Shown here piece by piece: positions 1 through 15,309 of a stretch of 64,000 nucleotides of DNA. A program made the translations under genes and the position numbers. Numbering within the stretch: the first letter of the stretch is position 1; each line of letters begins with the position of its first letter. The notes below the pieces were generated by a model, which saw only the letters and a list, made by a program, of their open reading frames with translations, did not search any database and had not been told where the DNA came from. This DNA is from the human T2T-CHM13v2.0 reference genome, Homo sapiens. Where the stretch lies: NCBI RefSeq assembly GCF_009914755.1, contig NC_060930.1; one strand, 5' to 3'.

Positions 1-228
1 TCCATCAGGTAGCACCAAGAGAAAATTGCATAATATGTTAGGAATAATCACTGGTTAAATTGTTGGCAAAAGGAATCAAGGCAGTGAATGAGCTATTGGG
101 TCCATGGTGTCATCATCATCTGCTGGAGGCTGCTGGACATACACCGTAGGTGGTGGGCAGCTGGCCAGACAGAAGGGCGAGGTTGATCAAGACCGTGCTC
201 ACAGGGGCTTTTTGGTATCATCTTTAAC
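1..228 (-). other. RAET1L: RAET1L non-coding 3'UTR exon (exon 5), runs off the window edge
   Basis: Acceptor tttctgaag|GTTAAAGATGATACC at 229/228 pairs with the exon-4 donor gtgacag|gtactg at 1501/1500; resembles the recalled ULBP2 terminal exon and the ULBP3 counterpart starting at 44720. Confidence 0.7.
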
Positions 229-1522
229 CTTCAGAAAGGACCCAAATGTTGGTTTAAGAGGCAGAGAACCCGGATCACTTTTCCACGGTAATCTTTCCCT
301 AGTCACTCTATGTCTCAGAGCCCCCTGCACTAAGGGACCTATTTTTCCCTTGAGCCCCAACCCTGGCGACTGCAGCTTGGACCTACCTCTTTCCTCCTTT
401 GTCACATCACAGAGTCAGCCCAGGCCCTGCACCTGACCAGGGGATGGAGTGGAGGGGCCCACAGGTCTGAAGCTGGTAGTGATGGGTCCGCTCCCTCACT
501 CAAGGCCCTCTTTATCATCTGATGACAGGGTCTAAAACATGGCAAGGGGTGGGACAGACTTCCAAAGAGAGGGCTCTGTATTCCTGTGCCCTTGGCCTTT
601 GGTGGGCCTGCAGGCAAACATCCTTCTTTCCCCTTCTTCTTGAGCATCACCTCACACTGGGAGCAGCACCCATAGTTCTGAAGGTGACTGTCCCTGTTCC
701 ACCTTTTCCATTCCTTATCCAGCCCAGTGGTGCCCGTGGAACCCCAGCAGCAGCTCAGATGCCCCTTCCTCTGAGTCCACTCTGCTCCTGGCAGGGCTAT
801 GACTGGGCTCAGGATCTGGGGTGTGCAGGAGTGTGATGGCAGGGGAGCTGCCTCAGGGCCCAGACTCAAACCCCACGGGTACATGGGACTGACTTTTTAA
901 AAATCCTTCTCTTGAGCAGCCTCTACTCTTCACCTTCCACCTTAATTCCTGGAACCTAAGCCACTTTCTGTGGGAAGGCAGCCCTGCACTCCCTCCTTTT
1001 CAATTAGGTGTACCAAGGCTCTCCCAGCCCCCTCCTCCTGGGATTACACCCAGATCTCTCTTAGCCTCAGAGATGGAATCCCCCTTCCCCTGTCACACCT
1101 CATGTAAAGCTACCATGATGCACCTAACCCAATTAAGAGGACTGCCCATGTCTGAATTCCTGCTGCCTGCAGGCCACACACCCTTCCTGAATAGGAACCT
1201 GCTCTGAATCAGGCCTGAACTTGCTAAACCTTCTCAAGCTCAACAGACCCTGAGCCTTGGTATGGGCCCCTCCCTTTCCCTCTGGACTCTGAAGGTGAGA
1301 ATCCATCAGAACTCAGGGCTGAGCTGCCCAGGTCATTGCCAACATTGCCAACAGGCAACACAAGGTCTCATTCACCTGTCTCATGTTAGGATGAGAAGGT
1401 CCCAGCCACGGGGAGGGGCGGGACTCCGGGAATTCTCTTTCCCCATCCTGCCTCCTCACCCACCTGCTCCTTGCTCCACTTCCAATTCTGCCCACAGTAC
1501 CTGTCACTCTAAAGGATTCTCC

Positions 1523-1632
1523 TCAGATGCCAGGGAGGATGAAGCAGGGGAGGATGATGAGGAGGCAGCAAAGGATGAGGGTGGTGGCTGTGGCCCTGAG
1601 TTGGGTTGTGCCTGAGGACATGGCGAGTGGTG
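1523..1632 (-). CDS. RAET1L: RAET1L/ULBP6 exon 4 (GPI-anchor signal, stop codon)
   Basis: tttcag|CA CCA CTC GCC ATG...; encodes APLAMSSGTTQLRATATTLILCCLLIILPCFILPGI*; 110 nt. Confidence 0.96.
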
Positions 1633-2297
1633 CTGAAATGGAAACACAAAAGTGACAACCCTTGTCCAGGCCCCAAATCTGAGGAGACACCTCCTCAGTT
1701 CCTGCCACCCTAGGTCATCCTGGAAGGCAAAAGTTTTGTCCCCTCCCCCCTGGTGTGGGGCAGCCAGTATGACAGGTCCTGGCTTAGGAAGGGAGATGGG
1801 GTGTGTCTTGTCCTCAGGGAGCTCACACAGCTGCTGAGGGAAGCAAGGTGACAACACACCCCACCCTCCTGCTGTGGGGGAAGAGGAGGTGATGCCCCAG
1901 AGTTGGGGAGGGGAGGATCTCTGGCTGGTGTTGGAAGTGGTTTTGATGGATTTCCAGAACCAGACCAGGGAAAGGAAAGGAAAAGTGATTCTCAAAAGAG
2001 GAAACACTAAGGAAAAAGTTCTGAAAACAGTGACACCTGCAGTTTCAAGGCTGGTGAGAAATCCACAGTGTGGGGAGCAGAAGCAAGTGCAGTGAGGAAT
2101 AGGAGTCAGGAGGGAGAAGGAAGAGGAGGGTGGGAGGGCACAGGCATGCCAGCAACCCCAGGAGGAGCGCCCCACGAGGAGGTCATTTTAACATAAACGT
2201 GTACACTGGGATGATTGAAGCTGAACTCAAGAACTAACTTCTTGAGGTCACCATTTCTGATCTCATTTAAGATCCCCGTTTCTTTTTCTCCTGTTAC

Positions 2298-2579
2298 CTC
2301 CTGCACTTGGCTCCAGGGTGCTGTCCATGCCCATCAAGAAGTCCTCAAGCCATCCTATGCAGTCTCCCATTGAGATGTAATGGAAGGACATGGCCACATC
2401 CTTGTCATTCTCCCACTTTTCTTTCATCTTTCTGGCTCCAGGATGAACCGTTGTCCACATTCTCTTCTCTGAGTCAAAGAGTAGGAAGATCTGTCCATCG
2501 ATACTGAACTGCCAAGATCCACTGCTGTGTCCTTCAGCTTTCTGCTCACAAGACATCCTTGCCTGCAGGGTGAGGGGTT
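2298..2579 (-). CDS. RAET1L: RAET1L/ULBP6 exon 3 (MHC-I-like alpha2 domain)
   Basis: ggcag|AA CCC CTC...GCA GGA G|gtaac; [35 protein letters not shown]...[34 protein letters not shown]; 282 nt, phase 1/1. Confidence 0.97.
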
Positions 2580-2726
2580 CTGCCCCCATCAGAGAGAGAT
2601 CAGCTCTGATCTTGACAAATTTTGCACCCCCATCCTGTTCCCCTTACAATTTGCTGGCCTTACTCTCTCTGCTACATCTTGGCCTTGCCTCTAGACTCTT
2701 GAGGGGTAAGATGACCTTCCCATTTG

Positions 2727-3283
<557 letters not shown>

Positions 3284-3374
3284 GGACCCTTTTGTATTTT
3301 TACATGAAAACTATAAATGCCTCTAACCTACCACTGTATCTGCTCCCTGCTGTCCTGGGCCATCTGAAACTTAC

Positions 3375-3638
3375 CCTTGGGTGTGTAATTCTCCAGCTGA
3401 ATGTCACGCAGTTGCTCTGTAAGTATGTCCACCACCTCTCTCAGTACTGGGTTCTGTGCTTTCCAGGCCGTTGTGACATTTAGTTTCTTCCCCAGGGGAC
3501 TGACGGGTGTGACTGTCTTGTTGCCACAGTCATAGTGAAGAAAAGTCTTTTCATCCACCTGGCCTTGAACCGCACACCACCGTGGTCCAGGTCTGAACTT
3601 AGGGATGACGGTGATGTCATAGCAAAGAGAGTGAGGGT
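3375..3638 (-). CDS. RAET1L: RAET1L/ULBP6 exon 2 (alpha1 domain)
   Basis: ccacag|AC CCT CAC...AAG G|gtaag; DPHSLCYDITVIPKFRPGPRWCAVQGQVDEKTFLHYDCGNKTV...LTEQLRDIQLENYTPK; 264 nt. Confidence 0.97.
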
Positions 3639-3949
3639 CTGTGGAGAAAGGCAGGTGAGGGGTGGGTGGGGAGGAAAAGACCCCTAGTTAGCCCCCCTCC
3701 ACGCTGTGTCAATAAGAGGATGCCTCTGGCAGGCTGGGCTGGCCCAGGAAGGAGTGCCCCCTCCAGAACTGTGGTGTCTACAAGTTTAAGGCGAGTGCTC
3801 GCCCCTTGCATGAGGACAAGGAGGAGGAGGAGGAGGAAGTCTCTGTCTGCTGAGAAACCACATGTCCCCAGACATGTCCCACTGCCCCTCTGCCCACATC
3901 AGTCAACACGTGACCTTGCTAGAAAGGTGCCAGGCCTCTCTAGCAAGAG

Positions 3950-4880
3950 AGGAGGAAGGGCCTGGATGGCAGAGGATCTTCAGCAGTAGCCCACGTGGAC
4001 TGCGGGAGGTGGGAGAGGGTGTGGGTCCACCCCTGTGGATGCTGGTGCTGGTTGAACAGAGTGAGGATGGAACCCCGTTGGATAAAGAAGAGTTAATTAT
4101 CATGGTCACAGGATTTAACATGTTGGCAAAGCCCCTGGTGATGGCATGCATCTGCTATGAGGAGGCCTTCCTGAAACCTTGGACAAAGAGATGGTCCACA
4201 CAGCAAGAAATGGAAAATCTGAAAGTCTAAGGCAGGTAGTGGAGGGAGAGATCACAGGCTCAGAGAAGTGCCCATGCCAGAGGGGTCTAAGTGTGAAAAT
4301 CCAGAACAATGTCCATCCACTGTGCTTATGGGAAACCTGGAGGACTCCTGTTTACCCAGCATATAAAGAAGGCCCCATGAGAAGGCACCAGAATGGAATG
4401 AAGCTTAGGGATGCCTATTGCTGAAGGCCAGGGTTGGGGGTAGGAGATGCTGTTCCTGAAATCTGCTCCCAGAGTAATGGGATGAACAATTCTGAAATTC
4501 CAAATTCCAGGTGGAGGCTGTCAACTGTCAGGAGCAAGGAGGGTGCAATGATGGAAATGATTAGAGAAGTCACAATGCCAGCTGGGGACCGCAGTTATAC
4601 AAAGTTATGCCCATGGCTCATAGAACAAAGGGATCCAAAGTCCAAAAGAGATGGAAACCCACCCCGGATACTGCTGGATTTAAATAATTACAAGAAACAG
4701 AGATAAACCAAATCAGGAGGCTGAAAGTAGCCAGTCCATCAAGAACGAGGCTGCTTTGCCTAATTTGCAGAATGAAGCCACTTCTCAGACCCTGAACCCA
4801 TGACTATAAGAAGACACCAGTTTCTAGTGAGGAAGGACCCTTTAACCCTGCAGCCAGGACAGTGAGTCCTTGTGGCCTTC
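3950..4880 (+). mobile_element. Decayed ERVL-class internal (gag-like) remnant in RAET1L intron 1
   Basis: Degenerate ERVL gag-like motifs (e.g. ttggataaagaagagttaattatcatgg); homologous segments at ~12.6-13.5 kb (inverted) and ~47.8-49.0 kb. Confidence 0.5.
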
Positions 4881-6781
4881 TCCAGAGATATTTATGGCCA
4901 ATAGAGTTTGCTGTGAAGGGCAATTTTGTAAACATGTAAAGGTGTTCAGGGAATATATTCTCCATTGTAACTACTCAACTCTGCTGTTGAAGCTCAAAAG
5001 CAGCCATAGACAATCCATGAATGATGAGCGAGGCTGGACCTACCTTAAGTGCCCAATGACCCAAGACCCCCTAAGATCCTAGAGGTACATGTGGTCACAA
5101 TGTCTAATTGGAGAATCACAACAGAGATTCCATGTGAATATTCAGAGACAAGGCAATGCCACTCACAGCAAGGAAATCGCAACATTAAGCAGTGGCTCCT
5201 GTAGAGTACTGCACCTTGGCAGAGATGGGGCCTTTTGCCATGCATATAAAGAAGGCCCCATGACAAGGCACCAGAATGGAATGAAGCTTAGGGATGCCTA
5301 TTCCTGAAGGCCTCAGAGCTGCCCATTACTGGTGGGCTCCTCACCCTCTAGGTCATTAGGAAGTTAGGCCCAGCAGTGAGAAGATGCAGGTGGTTCTTCT
5401 GGGATGGGCAGGAGCAGGGCCACCGGGAACCAAGAAGTTGCACAAGCAGTTGGACCTGATCCCCAGGACACCACGTGGCTGCACCCACTCACCCTCAGCT
5501 CACACCTGAGGCTTCAGGGAGGGTACCTGATGGTCCCCATGGATGCCACTCAGCACAAAGGAGGGGAGAATAAGCCCCCAACTATGGGACCCCCACTCCC
5601 ATCACATCCACACCACCCAGAAGCCACAGGCAAGGTAGGGCCACCTTCTACTTTCCAACTGACATCAGAGACATCACTTGGAGATGACACCCTAGGGGAT
5701 GGGGCACTGGGACACTGTAATCCCCTGATCTGGGATCAGCAACCTAGGACAGGGTCCAAATCTGGTCCCCCCTCTTTGAAGGTTGCCATTGCCTGCTGTT
5801 GCTCTACAAAGGGACAGGACTGGACACAGAGACGGAGAACCCATGGCCTGCAAAGATCACAGGGCATCCTTCCTCCCTTTCTAGAAAGGGTTTGCTGACC
5901 CCTGTCTACACACTGACTATTCTCTATGACGCTGACACCCCCGTAGGAAGAACAGGCGGTCTGGGCCCCAAGGGCAGAAGTGGGTGCCTCTACTCACCAG
6001 AGTTCCCAGGGTCATCCTGGAGGAAATGGTGCTTCCCATCCCCCCTGCACAGGTTCTGAGGGGAGCTTGGGGTGTGTTTGTTGGGGTGTGTCCTCAGGCA
6101 AGAGGCAGAAGGTGCGACGTGGTGTAGGAGGTGGTGAGGTACCCTTCATGGATGGGGAGACCTCAGGGGTGACCAGCTGGGCTGAGGTGGGCAGTAAGAG
6201 GATGTGACCTGGGTGGTGGCAGTGGATGGTGAGGGGAGGGGTGGCGGGTATCTGCTGAGCCCCTGGGTGCAGGTGAGTGTCTACAGGAAAAGTGCGGGGA
6301 AAACAAAGGCAGGGAGTCCTGGGGGTGCTGGAGGGTTTGTGTGGTAGAGAGCAGGTGAGAGCAGAGCAGGCTTGTGGCTGGTGGGGGCGTCTGTGATTGT
6401 ATCCCTGTGGTACCCCCCTTCACCCAGTCCTGACCCCAGCTCTGTTCCCGGGGGGGCTCTGGTTTCTCCTTCCGAAAGGCGGGTGGGACTGCCGGGCTGC
6501 ACTAGGAATCCGGGCCCCACCTAGCCCTCGCAGCCCTCTGGCCCCTCCACCCTCCTGCCAGCCTCGTTTTCACCCTGCTCTTTTTCGCCCCTACTGGGGC
6601 AAGAACAGCCTTGGGGAGTGGACCCGGCGGGAAGGAGCCCAGGAGGGGAACTGAGCTGGGGGCGCAGTTCGGGGAGATCTCCCTTGTCCTTCCAGAAGCC
6701 TTCCCTCCTCTGAAACCCGCTGCAGTCCACAGTCCCTCAGGTTTGGCCCCCGCCCCGCTTAGGCTCCATCCACCAGCTCAC

Positions 6782-6866
6782 CGTCTCGCCCAGCCCGGGA
6801 CCAGCCGAACAGCAGGAACAGAAGCGGGAGGCACAGAAGCAAAGCTGGGATGGCGGCTGCTGCCAT
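6782..6866 (-). CDS. RAET1L: RAET1L/ULBP6 exon 1 (signal peptide)
   Basis: ATG at 6866-6864; MAAAAIPALLLCLPLLFLLFGWSRAGRD then G|gtgagc; exons total 85+264+282+110=741 nt = 246 aa + stop; leader is RAET1L-type, not ULBP2-type (MAAAAATKILL). Confidence 0.96.
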
Positions 6867-6949
6867 TGGGGACCAGGAGGGCTGGGGACAAGAGATTTAA
6901 TCAAGGTGGATCCTGGAAGATGAAATCACCTCTGTGCTGAAAGGCTGGC

Positions 6950-6993
6950 TTATATACTGTTAGTTACTGGGGAATGTACCGGGGAATGAGTCA
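6950..6993 (-). promoter_or_regulatory. RAET1L core promoter: TATA box and AP-1 site in CpG-rich 5' region
   Basis: TATATAA at 6956-6950 (~85 nt upstream of ATG); TGAGTCA at 6987-6993; CpG-rich ~6440-7410. Confidence 0.65.
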
Positions 6994-7416
6994 CCTCGGT
7001 TCTGAAAAGCCAGATTTTAATGCTACTGGGCGTAGTCACTGGGCGCGTTCCACCTCTTCGTTTCATTGTCTGGACGAAATCCAGTTTCCATGCTAGTGTC
7101 CCTTCCCTTCTTCACCCGCTCCGGCAGCTTGGTGGCCTCGTGCCCGGGCCCCACTCCTGCCAGGACACGATTCCTTCCACGACAGACTCATTTAATCATT
7201 ATAGCATTTTTTATTAATGGTGAAGAAACGTGCAGAGGAATATTCAGCGGCCTCGGCGTCTCCTTGTCCCCGCCTGGGTCCGCGGCACTCTCCCTCCTTC
7301 CGCTTGCGCCGCGGGGTCCCTGGCTCACCCCGCCCTGGGCACAGCCATGGGCCTGTTCGCGTCCCCTCCACTACTTCCCCAGTCCCCGGTGGGCGTGGTT
7401 ACAGTCCGGGCTGGGT

Positions 7417-7735
7417 TTTATTTTTTATTTCTTTATCTATTTATGTATTTGGAGATGGGGTTTCTCTCTTATTGCACAGGCTGGAGTGCAACGGCCCGAT
7501 GTCGGCTCGCCGCAGCCTTGTCTCCTGGGTTCAAGCGATTCTCTTGCCTCAGCTTCTGGAGTAGCTGGGATTACGGGTGCCCACCACCAAGCCCGGCGAA
7601 TTGTTTGTAGTTTTGGTAGAGATGGGGTTTCACCTTGTTGGCCAGGCTGGTCTCAAACTCCTTTCCTCAGGTGATCCACCCACCTCGGCCTCCCAAAGTG
7701 CTGGGATTACAGGCATGAGTCAGCGTGCCCGGCCT
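7417..7735 (-). mobile_element. AluS
   Basis: Antisense Alu flanked by gggct(g/a)ggttttatt target-site duplication. Confidence 0.92.
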
Positions 7736-8299
7736 GGGCTAGGTTTTATTACAGAAACAGCAGGTAGGGTTTCAGAGGTTCAAAACAACATATTGTATAG
7801 TAAACAATTGGTGAAGATGGTAAATTCTATGTTCTATGTTTTTACCAAAATTAAGCAGCTTTAAAAATTATCTTAACAATTTATGTCTTGCTTCTGCTTC
7901 ACCCAGTGCAGACTGGCCAAAAGGCTGCTCATTAAAATCGAGGACAGCATTGAGGACCTCATCCCTAGAATCTCAACCTGTGACACGCTTGCTGATTTAG
8001 AAAGCTCCTCAGAGAGATTACCTCTGAGCTCCCAGTTCAGCAGCCGCCCTGGCCCAGGTCCACCGATGGCACAGGGGGCTCAGCAGAGCAGGTTCAACTG
8101 AAAGTTCCTAGTGGTTCCCAACTGTCAGCGCATTCTGCTGGCCTCTTCCCCCTGGGCAAAGAGCCAGCCATCCTTCAAAGCCGGGCACAAATACCCCCTC
8201 CCATGTGTGTCCTGCATGTTCCCACAATATAGAACACCCTCCTGCTCCCTGAGACCTGGGTTCACAGTGGGTGCATCCAGATCTCCCTGTGTGACAATT

Positions 8300-10240
8300 G
8301 CTCACACATTTCTTTGCCTCTCTGCTAGAAGCATGAGGTCTTTGAGAATATACTACATCCCTTCCTAAAAAGACCTAGTGAACAACTTGCTCAATCATGT
8401 AATCAATTGTGTTTCCACGAAGAGCAGGAGCCGAGGGAGGAGTCTACACACGTGTGGGGTTCACTTTCCAGCACACCAATCCGTGGCCAACCACACCTGA
8501 ATCCATGGCTGCACCCACACCTCTGCTCAGCCCCTAGATGGTCACTGGACTCATTATCAAAGGGGCAACCCCAAGTGCCCCCTTGTCTTAGTCACCATGA
8601 AGGCATCTAGACCTGTGGGCAGAAGGCAGAGGGAGGTGGGGGGCCCAGCGATCCCTGGCTGTTGGGATAAGGAATGGGCAGAGCCCCTGAGTCCCACACT
8701 GCCCCCAGCCACTCAGCCTTCTCCCTATTAAATGAGTAAAATAGACACAGACCTTCTTCTCCACACAGTTGTCATGTGGGGAGGATGCACACCTGGTGAC
8801 CAGCAATCCCCAGAGCCCTGAGGCTGCGGGAAAGGGGAGGAGGCCTAGACCAAGCCCAGGGACTGTCTCTGCTTCTGCACAGGGGGATGGGATAGCAGCC
8901 CCTCTGTGACTGTGCAGGGACACAGGAGCCTAGAAGTTTCTGGCCTGATGCACTAGAGCCTCTGTCCAGGAGGGGCCATGTGGAGGGTGGTCTGGAGGAC
9001 AACAGACACACGGGGGTGGGCAGTTCTCAGATCTGAGAGGGGCAGAGCTTGGCAGGTCCAGGGATCTGTGTGTGAGAAGTGCCTCCCATGCATAGGGCTG
9101 GGAACAGGAGCGTTTGAAAGGAGGGTACTGGGAAGGCCCTGGCAGCCCCCACCCCTGAGGCTGGGTGACCTGGGCCAGTGACCGGGGGACTGGGGGAACA
9201 GGAGGAAGGCAGAAGCCTGGCAGAAGAGTCCCAGGCAGCACAGCCAGGTGACAGTAGGAGGGGACTCTGTGCACACCTGGGCCCTCCTGCCTCACACCTG
9301 CTGCAGACTCTCGGCCACCAGATTCAGGCCAGCCCAGGATGGGGATAGACGTGGCTGAAAGGTGATTATAATGGCCGTGATCTAGAGAGCATGCATTCAG
9401 ACATGGAAGTCAGCTGGCATTGTGGCTGAATATTCTTGTGCAAGTTTCTTCACCTTTCTGGGCATGGATGTCCACATGTGGAAATTAATACTATGAACAC
9501 AGAGGAAATGAGCAGTTTATGCCAGGAACCCTGTCCTTGCACATGCTAAGGACTCAGGGAAGGTTTCCTATTTCACATGTGAGCCCTGCCTTCCATAACA
9601 TCAGCAAAGGCCAGACCCAACCAGATGACAGCTGGAGCCCTGCGATCATGCCATGGCCTCTTCATGGCCCTGGCGGCTCTTTGAATGGGTGTAAATGAAG
9701 GCAAAGACTGGACCCAGAGAGGACGGTGGTTTTACTCTCCATCACCAGGTAAGCCTAACATGATTTAAGGGTGGCTGGAGGCTGAGCAAATGACTGAATG
9801 AATGAGACAGTTGTGGGAGTGAATGGGGCTCAGGGGAAAACCCCAGGTGCAGAAGTGGAGCTGGAGTGGAGGTTGTAACCCCCAGAGGCCTGAAGGTGAG
9901 GATATCGTGGTTGGAGACCTCACTGCTGGCACAATTTGGAAATGTGAATGCCTGCCTGGGCGGCCACAAAGATTTTCCAAGGAAGAATAACTTTGGTTTG
10001 CAGCTGGTCTGGGCCCCAGCAGGATAAAATCTAGAAAACATTATTGAAGAAGGACAGCAAGCTGCTCTCTTTAGCCCCTTTGATTGAACCCAGAGGGTAC
10101 AATTGTGAGTGGTTGGGGCAGGAAAACCTTGCCCTTTAAACTTTGTTTAAAGGAACGAGCCTGAAATCAGGAATGGAAATGGGAAAAGGAAGGGTCAGGA
10201 GGGAAGGGAAGGAGAAAAGAAGGGGTGAGGGGCAGATACA
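8300..10240. repeat. Duplicated ULBP upstream block, paralogous to ~51000-53660
   Basis: Collinear similarity, e.g. ggacacaggagcctagaag...tggcctgatgcactagagcc at ~8917 and ~51678; parallel ORFs MWRVVWRTTDT in both copies. Confidence 0.9.
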
Positions 10241-10384
10241 AAAAAAGGGTCAGAGCGATTCCTCTGGATCTGGAGAAAGAGCAGGTGGGTGGGGCGTGGA
10301 CTGGCTCCAGCTGGTGGTTGGGAACCTGCCGAACCTAGCCCTGTAAAAGCCTGGGGGGCGTGGTCGAGACTCAGCATTGCCACT

Positions 10385-10460
10385 GTGCTTCCTCCTGGGC
10401 TGTCCTCCTCCTGGCTCCAGGTTCCCAGCAGCAGTGGCCACCATCACTGTGTTGGTCCTC
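10385..10460 (+). pseudogene. Possible degenerate 5'UTR/leader remnant of the RAET1M-like pseudogene
   Basis: ggctccaggttccca GCA GCA GTG GCC ACC ATC resembles ctcctggtcccca ATG GCA GCA GCC GCC ATC without the ATG; intron-1 homology resumes at ~10740. Confidence 0.4.
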
Positions 10461-11059
10461 GAAGGAGTAATGGCAGGAGGAGAGCAGTGAGAGGGCTGGA
10501 GAGGGCGAGATGATGGCAAAGCGCCCCCTCTCCAGCCTCACCTGCCCTTGGGAACTGGGAGCCCTGGCCAGCAGCAGGAAGCTGTAGTCTGGAGTGGTGG
10601 GGAAGAGGGAGGTGAGGAGGGATGAAATGTTTTCTGGCAGATTCTATACAGCTGGGGCCGGAGAGCATCTGTAAACCAAGGTTACTCTTCCCTGGTCATG
10701 TCTGGTGCGGGAGGCGGGGGACCTTGTGTGGCTAGGGGTATGGGAAAGTGGATGGTTCCGCAGGGAGTCAACCCCAGACCCCCGCCCTCAGCAGCCACAG
10801 GCCTGCTCTGCTCTCATCCACTCTCCACCTCAAAAACTCTCCAGCACCCCCAGGGCTCCCTGCCCTTGAACTTCCCCCTGCACTTTGCTGCAGACACTTA
10901 CCTGCATCCAGGAGATCAGCAGACACTTCCCACCCCTCCCCTCACCGTTCACTGCCACCACCCAAGTCACATCCTTTTACTCCCTCTCTACCCAACCTTG
11001 TCACCTTTCGTCACCCCATAGGCCCACCTCACCCCCAAAGCCATTGAAGGAGGCTTCAG

Positions 11060-11536
11060 TGAGGCAGGCGAATAGGGTCTGGATGTAGGGAACCTAAGGG
11101 TGATTTGCTCTGACTTCTTAGAAGTGAATCAAAAGGAGCCCCACCTCTCTGTGCCCAAGCAACAAAAGGACCAGAGGATACTCCCTTGACAATCCGCGAC
11201 CTCTCCACTTTCAACTCTCTTGCAGATGAAAAGCAGAAATTACCTCTGATTGGTCCCCTTCTGCAACCAGTCTTCAGGTGCATAGGGTGTAACTTTGTAA
11301 CTTCACTTCAGTCTCTGATTGTTCCCTTGGGCACAGGCCACTCTCTCATTTGCATAGTGTGTAACCAAGTAACCAATGGGAAACCACTAAGGGTATTCCA
11401 ACACCAGAAAATTCTGTAACCAGCTGCATTCTTGAGGGGCTTCCCCCAGCCAGCTACCACTCAGTCAGGTGTACTTTAATTTCAGTAAGTCTGTGCTTTC
11501 ATTTTTCCTTTTTATTCTTTCATTGTTTTGTTCGTG
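11060..11536 (+). mobile_element. MER51-type ERV1 LTR (3' truncated)
   Basis: Begins tgaggcaggcgaatagggtctgg...agggaacctaagg, matching the recalled MER51 start; absent from RAET1L intron 1. Confidence 0.7.
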
Positions 11537-13699
11537 ACCCTAGGAATGCTGGTGAGTAGAGGCATCCACTCTTCCCTTGGGTCCCAGCCCTGCCTGTTCT
11601 TCCTAATGGGGAGCCAGCATCATAGAAAATAGTCACTATGTAAACAGGGGTTGGCAAAACCTTTCTAGAAAGGGAAGGTGGGAGGCACTTTGATCTTTGC
11701 AGGCCATGGTTTCTCTGTCTCTGTGTCAAGTTTTGTTCCTTTATAGAGCAACAGCAGGCCAGGACAACCTGCAAATGACAGAGGGACCAGATTTGAACAC
11801 TGTCCTAGGTTGCTGACCCAAATAAATGGATTACAGTGTCCCAGCAATTGGTGCCCCTTCCCTTAAGGTGTCATCTCCAAGTGGTGTCTCAGCTGCTGGT
11901 TGAAGAATCAGAAGTGGTTCCCATCCTGCCTGTGGCTTCTGGGTGGTTGGATGTAATGGCAGTGGGGTTTCATGGTTTGAAGCCTACTCTCCCCTCCTTG
12001 GCTGCTGAGTAGCTTCTTTGCTCTATGGAGGCCATCAGGGATCCTCCCAGAAACCACAGCTGTGATCTGAGGGTGAGGGATTGCAGCCATGTGGTGTCCT
12101 GGGGAGAGGAGCCAACTGATTGTGCAGCTTCTTGTTTCCCTGTGGCCTTGCTTCTGCCCATCCCAGGATAACCACCTTCGTATTCTCACTGCGGGGCCTA
12201 TCTTCTTAATGACCTAGAGAGTGAAGAGCACACTCGGTGACAGGCAGCTCTGAGGCTGTGTGATCACTGCCCTCCCATGGCTAAAGGCCCCATCTCTGCC
12301 AGTACTCTACAGGAGCCACTTTTTAATGTTGGGATTTCCCTGCTGTCAGTGTCATTGCCTTGCCTCTGTAACACTAACCATCCATGTTGTGATTTTCCAA
12401 TTAGTAATTGCAACCACAGGTACCTCTAGGAGATTAGGGTGTCCTGGGTCCTAGGATGCTCAAAACAGGTCCAGCCTCCTTCATCATTTATGGATTGTCT
12501 GTGAGTGCTTTTGAGCTACAACAGCAGAGTTAAGTAGTTATGACAGAGAATATATTCCCTGCAAACCTTTAAGAGTTTACAAAATCACCATTCACAGCAA
12601 ACTCTAGAGGCCATAAATATCTATGCGGAAGGCCAGAAAGACTCATTGCACTTGAGGTGGGGTTGAAAGGTCCTTCCTCATTGGAACCTGGTGTCTCCTT
12701 CTAGTAATGGCTTCAGAGTCTGAGAAGTGGCTTGGTTTTGCAAGTTGGTCAGAGAAGCCCGGTTTTTAATAGACTGCCTAGTTTCAGCCTCCAGGTCATC
12801 CATCCTTGTGTTTAATGTTCACTTGTTATAATTATATCAATCCAGCTGTATCCGGGCTGGGTCTCTGTGTTGCTTGCCTCTCAGATCTCCTTGTTTTATA
12901 TGAGCCATTGGCATAGCTCTCTGTGGCTTACGTCCCGAGCAGGCATTGTGACTTCTCCAATTCTTTCCATCATTGCACCTTCCACGCTACTGATAGTTGA
13001 GCCCAGGATTTTTCATCCCATTACTCCTGGGAGCCCATTTCAAAAACAGCATCTCCTGTCTGCAACCCTGGCCTTCAGCAACAGGCATCCCTGGGCTTCT
13101 TCCCATTCTGCTTCTTTCTCTCAGGGCCTTCTTTATATGTTGGGTGAACAGGAGTCCTCCAGGCTTCCCATGACCACCGTAGATGGACATTGTTCTGGAT
13201 TTTCACACTCAGACCCCTCCAGCATGGGCACTTCTCTGACTCTTTGATCCCTTGCTCTGTTCCCTGCCTTAGAAGTTCTGGATTTTCTGTTTTTTGCTGT
13301 ATGGATCATCTCTTTGTTCAAGGTTGCCAGAATGCATCCTCTTAGCAGATGGGCACCATCACCAGGTGCTTTACCAACATGTTAAATCCTGTGACCATGA
13401 TAATTAACTCTCCATCATCCAACTTGGATTCTGTCCTCACCCCACCCTCAACATGTTCAGCATCCTCAGAGGCAGCCCCTCCCCTCTCCCACCTCCTGCT
13501 AAGGATCCTTTGCCATCCAGGCCCTTCCTCCTCTAGCAGGCCAGGCACCTCCCCGGCATGGTCATGTGTTAACAATGTGGACATAGGGGCACTGGGACAT
13601 TTCTTGGGACATGTGGTTTCTCAGCAGGCAGGGTCTTCCTCCTCCTCCTTGTCTTCAAGCAAGGGAGGAGCACTCGCCTATACCTGGTGGAGGCCATAG

Positions 13700-14907
<1,208 letters not shown>

Positions 14908-15309
14908 GTAACTGACAGCAGAACACTGGGAGCGCCCTGGAGATGCCGTTGAAGTACACCCTTGTGTGTGTGTGTGGGGGGGGGTGTAGGTTTATGTGTG
15001 AGAGTGTGTGTGAGTGTGAGTGTGTGTGCGACTGTGAACATGACCCCCTCATGGGAGGCTCCTCCTAGTCATGCTGGCATGCCTGTGCTCTCCCATCCTC
15101 CTCTCCCTTCTCCCTCCTGACTCTTCTTCCTCACTGCACTTGCTTCTGCTCCACTCACTGTGGATTTCTCACCAGCCTCGAAACTGTGGGTGTCACTGTG
15201 TTTTCAGACCTTTCTCCTTAGTGTTCCCTCTCTTGAGAATTACTTTTCCTTTCCTCTCTGTGGTCTGTTTCTAGAAATCCATCAAAGCCACCTCCAATGG
15301 CAATGAACA

